Positions 58,341 through 64,000 of a DNA stretch of 64,000 bases are shown here, in pieces. Source of the DNA: Polyangiales bacterium (GTDB lineage: Bacteria; Myxococcota_A; Polyangia; Polyangiales; Houyiibacteriaceae); NCBI GenBank assembly GCA_035466435.1, contig DATIUW010000300.1:911-64910 (forward strand). The letters are read 5' to 3'. Position 1 is the first letter of the stretch; each line of letters opens with the position of its first letter. Both the position numbers and the translations under genes were made by a program. The notes under the pieces are model-generated. The model did no database searches, had not been told where the DNA came from, and was given only the letters and a program-made list of their open reading frames with translations.

Positions 58341-60164
58341 TCAGCCTTCGGTCACGTTGCCGGGCTCGGGCGCCTCCGGCTCGCGCTCGAGATATCGGAA
58401 GATCGTGCGCGGATCGACCCCGAGATCGCGCGCGGTGCGCGTCCGATTGCCGCCGTTGCGTTCGAGGACCTCCAAAATGTAGCGGCGCGTGAAGTCTTCG
58501 CGGGCTTGGGACAGCGGAACTACGGCGCGCTGCCTGTCCTCGCCCAGGTCGAGGTCTTCGGCTCCGATCAAGGTCTTGTCAGCGAGCACGATGGCTTTTT
58601 TGATTCGGTTTTCGAGCTGCCGCACGTTGCCCGGCCATTCGTAGCTCCGCATCGCTTCGATGGCCTTGGGCGTGAACCCGTTGACCGGAGCGCCGAACTC
58701 GGCCGCGTACTTGTTGAGCAGAAGCTTGGCGAGAATGGTGATGTCCTCACCCCGCTCCCTGAGCGGAGGCAAGTGAAGGTTCACGACGTTGAGCCGATAG
58801 TAGAGGTCCTCGCGAAAGGAGCCTTCCTTGATCGCGGTCTCGAGATCGCGGTTGGTCGCCGCGAGCACCCGGATGTCGACTGCCTCGGGCTTGGTATCGC
58901 CAATCTTGACCACCACACGCTCCTGCAATGCACGCAAGAGCTTCACCTGGAGAGCGGGCGGCATCTCGCCGATCTCATCGAGGAAGAGCGTTCCGCCGTC
59001 GGCGGCTTGGAAGCTGCCCTGTCGCGTGGAGACCGCTCCGGTGAACGCTCCCCGAACGTGACCGAACAGCTCGGACTCCATGAGGTTCTCTGGAATCGCA
59101 CCGCAATTGACGACGATGAAAGGACCCTCCGACCGGTTGGAACGGCGGTGGAGCTCACGGGCGAAGAGCTCTTTCCCCGTTCCGGTTTCGCCGGTAATCA
59201 GGACGTTTACGTCCGTGGCAGCTACCTTCTCCACGCGCCGGAAAACCTGTTGCAGGCTCGGACAGCTTCCGATGATGTCGCCGAAGCGCTGCGCTTCGAG
59301 CTCACCGGCCATACGGTCCCGGTCGGTGGTGAGCTGGTTCAGCAGGATCGCGTTTTGCATGATGAGCGACGCCTGTCCGGCGAAGACAGTCAGAATCTGC
59401 AGGCTGGATTGCTCGAACAGATTCACCACGTTGTCGTTGCCGACGTAGATCAATCCGAGAAGCTGGCCCTGCGCGATGAGAGGCGCCACCATGACCGAGC
59501 TCAACTGGAGGTTGAGCACGCTCTCGCTCGAGTTGAACATGGTGTCGTGGACCGCGTCGCTCACGATGAGCGGCTGACGGGTATCGATGCAGCGGCGCAG
59601 GATGCTGTCCGAGAGCTGCGTGACCGCATCTGGAATCGTCTGCCGATCGACGTTGCGCGCTGCCGCAATCTCCGGCTCGCCGTCGCGGAGAAGGATGACG
59701 AACCCCTTGTTCGCGTGAACTACCTCGATCACCGCGTCGAGCAGCGCCTCGATCTGGTCGGGGATCGACCGGATCTCGAGGAGCCGCCGATTGAAGTCAC
59801 TGAGCTTCATCATGCCCTGGATCTCGGCCCCGTCCGCAGGCTCCACTCGCGCGGCGGCATCTCGGGCGGCGCTCTCGTCATAGAGCGAGAACGTGAGCTC
59901 GACGTCACCGAGCATCAGCTTGTCGTGATGAAAGACCTTCGACTTCTTCTTCTTCTTTCCATTGACGTATAGGACGGCATCCGGATCGACCGCGGCGACG
60001 CCGAAATCGCGACCGTCAAACACGATCTGGGCGTGGTGGGCCGCGAGGGAGTCCGAATCGATGGACACGTCGTTCGCCCCGGCGCGCCCGATCGAAGTCA
60101 CGCGCTTGTAGATCCCAAAGACCCGCGGCGGTCCTTGAGGCACCATCCACTTGAGGCTGGGCAT
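58341..60164 (-). CDS. Sigma-54-dependent transcriptional activator with N-terminal FHA and GAF domains
   Basis: The FHA core is [37 protein letters not shown]-like region follows. The AAA+ module has Walker A (GETGTGKE) and the sigma-54 contact loop (GAFTGA). The C-terminal HTH is [20 protein letters not shown]. There is no receiver domain. Confidence 0.9.
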   Translation of the reverse strand: MPSLKWMVPQGPPRVFGIYKRVTSIGRAGANDVSIDSDSLAAHHAQIVFDGRDFGVAAVDPDAVLYVNGKKKKKSKVFHHDKLMLGDVELTFSLYDESAARDAAARVEPADGAEIQGMMKLSDFNRRLLEIRSIPDQIEALLDAVIEVVHANKGFVILLRDGEPEIAAARNVDRQTIPDAVTQLSDSILRRCIDTRQPLIVSDAVHDTMFNSSESVLNLQLSSVMVAPLIAQGQLLGLIYVGNDNVVNLFEQSSLQILTVFAGQASLIMQNAILLNQLTTDRDRMAGELEAQRFGDIIGSCPSLQQVFRRVEKVAATDVNVLITGETGTGKELFARELHRRSNRSEGPFIVVNCGAIPENLMESELFGHVRGAFTGAVSTRQGSFQAADGGTLFLDEIGEMPPALQVKLLRALQERVVVKIGDTKPEAVDIRVLAATNRDLETAIKEGSFREDLYYRLNVVNLHLPPLRERGEDITILAKLLLNKYAAEFGAPVNGFTPKAIEAMRSYEWPGNVRQLENRIKKAIVLADKTLIGAEDLDLGEDRQRAVVPLSQAREDFTRRYILEVLERNGGNRTRTARDLGVDPRTIFRYLEREPEAPEPGNVTEG

Positions 60165-60221
60165 CGGTGGGGCACTCTAACAGACTGCCGGTCGAGGTGT
60201 CACTGGAACACGGGACCCTGG

Positions 60222-60668
60222 TCAGCCGAGGTAGGGGCCGCCGATGTAGCTGGATAGCTCACGAACCTCGTGGCGGAGATTGCGCTGAATCGCCTTGGTT
60301 AGATCACCGATCGAAACTAGGCCAGTCAGGGTATCGCCTTCCATGACGGGAACGTGCCGGCATCGGCGCTCCGTCATGAGGTGCATGACATCGAGCAGCG
60401 AGTCATCGGGCGACGCCGTGTAGATTCGGGTGGTCATCACGTCACGGACCAGAGTCTGGCGGGGGTCCCTGTGTGCGGCGACCACGCGAACCAGAACGTC
60501 TCGCTCCGAGAAGATCCCGACTGGGTATGGTCCTTCGACTACCAAGACCGCGCCAACGTGGTGATCGTTCATGACGTTGACGGCATCGATCACCGTTCCA
60601 AGCGGGCCGACGGTGAATACGTCGTCGCCCTTGTTGCGCAGGATGTCTCGTATTCGCTTGCTGATCAT
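60222..60668 (-). CDS. CBS domain pair protein
   Basis: 148 aa with two CBS motifs (..VMNDHHVGAVLVVE.., ..MTERRCRHVPVMEGDTLTGLVSIGDL..). Confidence 0.85.
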   Translation of the reverse strand: MISKRIRDILRNKGDDVFTVGPLGTVIDAVNVMNDHHVGAVLVVEGPYPVGIFSERDVLVRVVAAHRDPRQTLVRDVMTTRIYTASPDDSLLDVMHLMTERRCRHVPVMEGDTLTGLVSIGDLTKAIQRNLRHEVRELSSYIGGPYLG

Positions 60669-60817
60669 GACGTGCCGAGTGACTCCTTTCGCTGATTATA
60701 CAATCATCCAATGATTTGAGAAGCCCAAAGTCGCCCCATGAAATTGGGCACAATCCGTGAGGTATCCCTCGCTGCGGACTAGCTTTCGGCATCGGGGCTG
60801 GGCAAGCTGAAGACGCA

Positions 60818-61531
60818 ATGGGACACGTCAGGGCACAGCGCGATCGACGTGATCACCACAGGGTGGATCTCGACGGACGTGCGCTCCTGTTCCAGCGTGG
60901 CGATCGCATCGGCCAGTATGCCGTCGAGAATCTGTCCGCAGGAGGCGTGCTGGTATCGGGCGAAGGTGATTTGCGGCCGGGCCATCTCGTACACGTGCTG
61001 ATCGACTTAGCAACGGGCGAGCAGACGATGAGCCTCACCGGCTCGGTCCGACGCGTACGGGACGGTGATGGCACCCTTGGAGTTGCAATTGCCTTTCCGT
61101 CTTTGTCTGCAGACCAGGAGGACGCCATCCAAGATGCCGTCTTGCGTGCGCTCCTGCGACGGAACCCGCACGCCCAGCGACCACCGCTCTTGGTCTTCGA
61201 GCCACGTCGACGAGTCCGCGAAGAGATCGAGTGCGAGATCCGCAGCTTCGGCATTCCCATGGTGAGCGTCGATTGCCTAGAGGATGCCGTGCGAGAGCTG
61301 GAAGACGAAGAGACCGTGTACGGTGGCTTGGTGATCCACTCCGTCACGCACGACTCGCGTGCCATGGAGGTCATCGAGTTTTTCACGCGTTCCGAAGACC
61401 TGACGACGATCATTCTCCCCGATCCAGATGGGGCTCTGTGCGAGCGAGCCGAGCGCCTGGCGAGGCTTCCACAGGTCCGGGTCCCACACGTCTGGAGTCG
61501 GGCCGAGCTGCGTCGCGCCCTGACCCACTAA
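60818..61531 (+). CDS. PilZ domain protein with C-terminal degenerate receiver-like domain
   Basis: It has PilZ c-di-GMP motifs (RDRRDHHR for RxxxR, and NLSAGG for D/NxSxxG). The C-terminal half has receiver-like topology but carries LLVFE and GLVIHSV where the acidic pocket and phospho-Asp are expected. Confidence 0.65.
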   Translation: MGHVRAQRDRRDHHRVDLDGRALLFQRGDRIGQYAVENLSAGGVLVSGEGDLRPGHLVHVLIDLATGEQTMSLTGSVRRVRDGDGTLGVAIAFPSLSADQEDAIQDAVLRALLRRNPHAQRPPLLVFEPRRRVREEIECEIRSFGIPMVSVDCLEDAVRELEDEETVYGGLVIHSVTHDSRAMEVIEFFTRSEDLTTIILPDPDGALCERAERLARLPQVRVPHVWSRAELRRALTH

Positions 61532-62802
61532 ACCTGATCGAAGGGCAGGATTTCCAGGGATTGCACGTCTGGGAGCGCTTCGAAAGCACCAGCCACGTCG
61601 TCTGCGGATGCCACCACGACGATGATGAGGTCGCGCGTCGAAATGCGCGCCCGGGTCGCCTCGTTGGCCCGTTGCCGGTCGACTCCGGCGACCAGCTCAT
61701 CGTGCTTTTCGACGTAGCTCCGGGGTATGCCTAGAAGCTCGATGTCGAGCTTGGCTTCGAGACGCTTTGCGGGCGTATCCCGATCGAAGCAGTGGCTGTT
61801 GATGAGATAACGCTGCGCGAAGCCGAGCTCGGCGCGTGTGATGCCGCGTTCGACCCAACGCTCGAAGAGATCGAGCTGCAACGCCGCGCAGTCGGCCGAG
61901 TACTCGGCTGCAGGCGCGCTCCACATGTACCAAGCATCTCTCTGGGTGGAGTGAAGAAGCCTACTGTAGGCACCGTAGCTCCATCCACGCACCGCACGGA
62001 CCTGCTGCATGAGAGGGCTGCTGAACATGCCCCCGAACGCGGTGTTCGAGACGACGAGTGGAAACAGGTTTCGATCGCGGGTCCGCGCTCCGAGGGTCCC
62101 GATGAATAGCTGCGTCTGCGCACGCTCCGGCTTGTCCACGATGACCACGTGGCGACCGGGCCGCAATCGAGTCGGCGGAACCTCCGCGCTGCGGCTCTTC
62201 TTGCGCGCGACGGAAGGGAAAACTGCGGCGATCATCGCGCGGGCTTCGGCATCGATCACGTCTCCCGCAATTCCGACGAAGAATGCCCCAGTGGCCACGT
62301 GCCGCGCGTAGAAGCTTTCGACCTGACCGACGCCGATGCGAGCGATGCTTTCCGGATGGCCGCTCAACGGACGGCTGTAGGGATGGGTGCCGAAGAGCGC
62401 TTGGCGAAAACATAGGGCGCCCAAGGTCTGATCGTCGTCCACCCGGGCGACGAGCGATGCCAATGCTCGACGCTTGAGCTTCGCGAAGTCCGCCCCACGA
62501 AGAGCGGGCTCCCACACCATACGAGCCAACAGTGCGAGCATCGGCTCTAGGTTCCGACGTAATACGGTGGCGCGGATGCGGGTGGTGCGCATGGACACCT
62601 CGACCGACAAACGGGCTCCGAGGTGGGCCAACTGCTCCTCGAAACGATCCCGGGAAATGCCGCGCGGACCGAACCGCATCAGTTGACCCGTGAGCTGCGC
62701 CAGTCCCTCGCGACCAGCCGGGTCTCTCAGGCTACCTACGGGCAGCGCGATCTCGACGTCGACGAGGGGCAATACGTCGCTCGATTCGACGAAGACTTTC
62801 AT
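61528..62802 (-). CDS. M16 family peptidase, non-catalytic subunit (no HxxEH)
   Basis: It has the M16 fold pattern, but the zinc motif position reads LAQLTGQLMRFG. The ATG at 62802 overlaps the upstream M16 stop (ATGA). The track ORF start at 63132 is inside the upstream gene. Confidence 0.8.
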   Translation of the reverse strand: MKVFVESSDVLPLVDVEIALPVGSLRDPAGREGLAQLTGQLMRFGPRGISRDRFEEQLAHLGARLSVEVSMRTTRIRATVLRRNLEPMLALLARMVWEPALRGADFAKLKRRALASLVARVDDDQTLGALCFRQALFGTHPYSRPLSGHPESIARIGVGQVESFYARHVATGAFFVGIAGDVIDAEARAMIAAVFPSVARKKSRSAEVPPTRLRPGRHVVIVDKPERAQTQLFIGTLGARTRDRNLFPLVVSNTAFGGMFSSPLMQQVRAVRGWSYGAYSRLLHSTQRDAWYMWSAPAAEYSADCAALQLDLFERWVERGITRAELGFAQRYLINSHCFDRDTPAKRLEAKLDIELLGIPRSYVEKHDELVAGVDRQRANEATRARISTRDLIIVVVASADDVAGAFEALPDVQSLEILPFDQV

Positions 62803-64000
62803 GGCGACTTCGGCGTGATCTCGACACGCGTGCGACGAAGGGGACGAAGATACTTGGAGACCGCACGCCGAACGTCGGCGGCGGTGACTCGCCGATACGA
62901 AGCCAATCGCTCGAACACGGCGGCTCCGTCGTTCACCACCGTCTCGTGAAACCCAATCTGCTCTGCCTTGCCGCCAGCCGTCTCCATGGTGTGGAGGAAC
63001 GACAGCTCGAGCTGGTTGATGGCCTTTTCGAGCTCGGTCGTGGTCGGCCCATCGGATCCGAGCCGTCCCAGCTCCTCGTCGAGCAAAGCGAGCACGGATT
63101 GGACCTTGCTTCCTTCGCGAATCGCAAACCACATTTCATACAAGCCTGGGTCGACGAACGGCGAGATCGATCCTCGCACCGACAGCGCCACCTCTTCATC
63201 GACGCACATGAGTCGGTGCAAGCGGGAGCTTCTCCCGCCGAACAACATCTCGTTGGCGACGACCAATGCAGCCGTGTCTGGATCGGAAAAAGCAGGCGCC
63301 CGATAGCCGATGAGGAGCTTCGGCGTGGGGGTCGGTGCGGGAAAGCGCACGATGCGCTCGGCGCGTTGCGATGGTTCCTTCACGATCCTTTTTTGCGGCA
63401 ATCGGGTTCCAGACAGACGCCCGTAGTGCCGTTGGACCAAAGCCAGCGCCTTTCGCTCTTCGAAGTCGCCTGCCATGACCACGGTGGCGTTGTTCGGGGC
63501 GTAATGTGATCGATAGAAGGCGCGGCAATCACGCACGGTGAACCCACGAATGTCTTCCATCCAACCGATCGTCGGCCAGCGATAAGGATGCCGGCGAAAA
63601 GCGTTCGCGTAGAGCAGCTCGAGCGCCCGGCCTTCGACGTCGTCTTCCACGCGAAGCTTTCGTTCGTTGGCAACGACCTCTTTTTCCGAGGTGACCTGTG
63701 GAATGCGAAGGACGAGATTCGACATGCGGTCCGCTTCGAGCTCGATCAAGAGCGGCAAGGTGCCGCGGGGCGCGTTTTCGTAAAAGAAGGTCCAATCGGT
63801 CCAAGTCGCCGCATTGGCTTCCGCGCCAGCGCGCTCCATCAATCGATCGAATTCTCCCAGTGCGTGGGTGCGCGTTTCGTTGAACATCAAGTGCTCGAAC
63901 AAGTGTGCGAGCCCCGTCTTTCCGGGCCGCTCATCCCGGGACCCGACGCGAAACCAAGTGTGGTAGCTGACCGTCGGCGCGGAGCGGTCGACGAGCGTCA
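62799..64000 (-). CDS. M16 family zinc peptidase (insulinase-like), catalytic subunit; N-terminus runs off the window end
   Basis: My own translation upstream of the track start gives ..SYHTWFRVGSRDERPGKTGLAHLFEHLMFNET, the HxxEH zinc motif. The frame stays open to position 64000. Confidence 0.85.
   Translation of the reverse strand, partial: TLVDRSAPTVSYHTWFRVGSRDERPGKTGLAHLFEHLMFNETRTHALGEFDRLMERAGAEANAATWTDWTFFYENAPRGTLPLLIELEADRMSNLVLRIPQVTSEKEVVANERKLRVEDDVEGRALELLYANAFRRHPYRWPTIGWMEDIRGFTVRDCRAFYRSHYAPNNATVVMAGDFEERKALALVQRHYGRLSGTRLPQKRIVKEPSQRAERIVRFPAPTPTPKLLIGYRAPAFSDPDTAALVVANEMLFGGRSSRLHRLMCVDEEVALSVRGSISPFVDPGLYEMWFAIREGSKVQSVLALLDEELGRLGSDGPTTTELEKAINQLELSFLHTMETAGGKAEQIGFHETVVNDGAAVFERLASYRRVTAADVRRAVSKYLRPLRRTRVEITPKSP

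Noticed and set aside
58338-59972. 544-aa plus-strand ORF antisense to the sigma-54 activator
   Set aside because: It is an antisense shadow. The minus-strand frame carries the Walker A, GAFTGA and HTH motifs.

Overview
All protein calls below rest on motifs I recognised by reading the translations; no database search was run. The window is a high-GC chromosomal segment (roughly two-thirds G+C by eye, not computed). Its gene content looks like Myxococcota: FHA-containing sigma-54 activators, PATAN/DUF4388-type receiver proteins, many lipoproteins and a type IV pilus minor-pilin/PilY1 cluster. I support about 50 protein genes and one tRNA-Leu(CAG). I saw no rRNA, CRISPR array, transposase, integrase or phage genes.

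Housekeeping genes:
- pyruvate dehydrogenase E1-alpha, E1-beta and E2
- a biotin-dependent acyl-CoA carboxylase pair
- gyrB, tatB-tatC, trpS, relA/spoT, ftsK, bioA and lnt
- an M16 peptidase pair

Signalling genes:
- a GAF-GGDEF cyclase
- a hybrid histidine kinase with an HPt domain
- a CheY-like regulator
- an orphan sensorless MCP
- a PilZ/pseudo-receiver protein
- an FHA-GAF sigma-54 activator
- a 911-aa membrane-spanning multi-receiver/TPR protein

Many long ORFs in the track are out-of-frame or antisense shadows of real genes, which is expected at this GC content, and I rejected them. I cannot point to a clearly novel system.

The least-explained gene modules are:
1. A HerA/FtsK-like ATPase translationally coupled to a secreted TPR protein (26884-31331).
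2. A four-gene operon built around a ribbon-helix-helix/FHA fusion with three exported proteins (45620-49272).
3. A lipoprotein coupled to the 3' end of pilY1, in the slot where pilY2/pilE normally sit (45052-45612).
4. Two lipoproteins directly downstream of the FHA-GAF sigma-54 activator (55993-60164).

Sequence-level signals worth testing:
- a duplicated tRNA-Leu 3' end
- a sigma-54-like promoter in front of the pilin operon
- a TTGCAA-N19-TTGCAA element in front of bioA
- a 20-bp palindrome in front of the carboxylase operon
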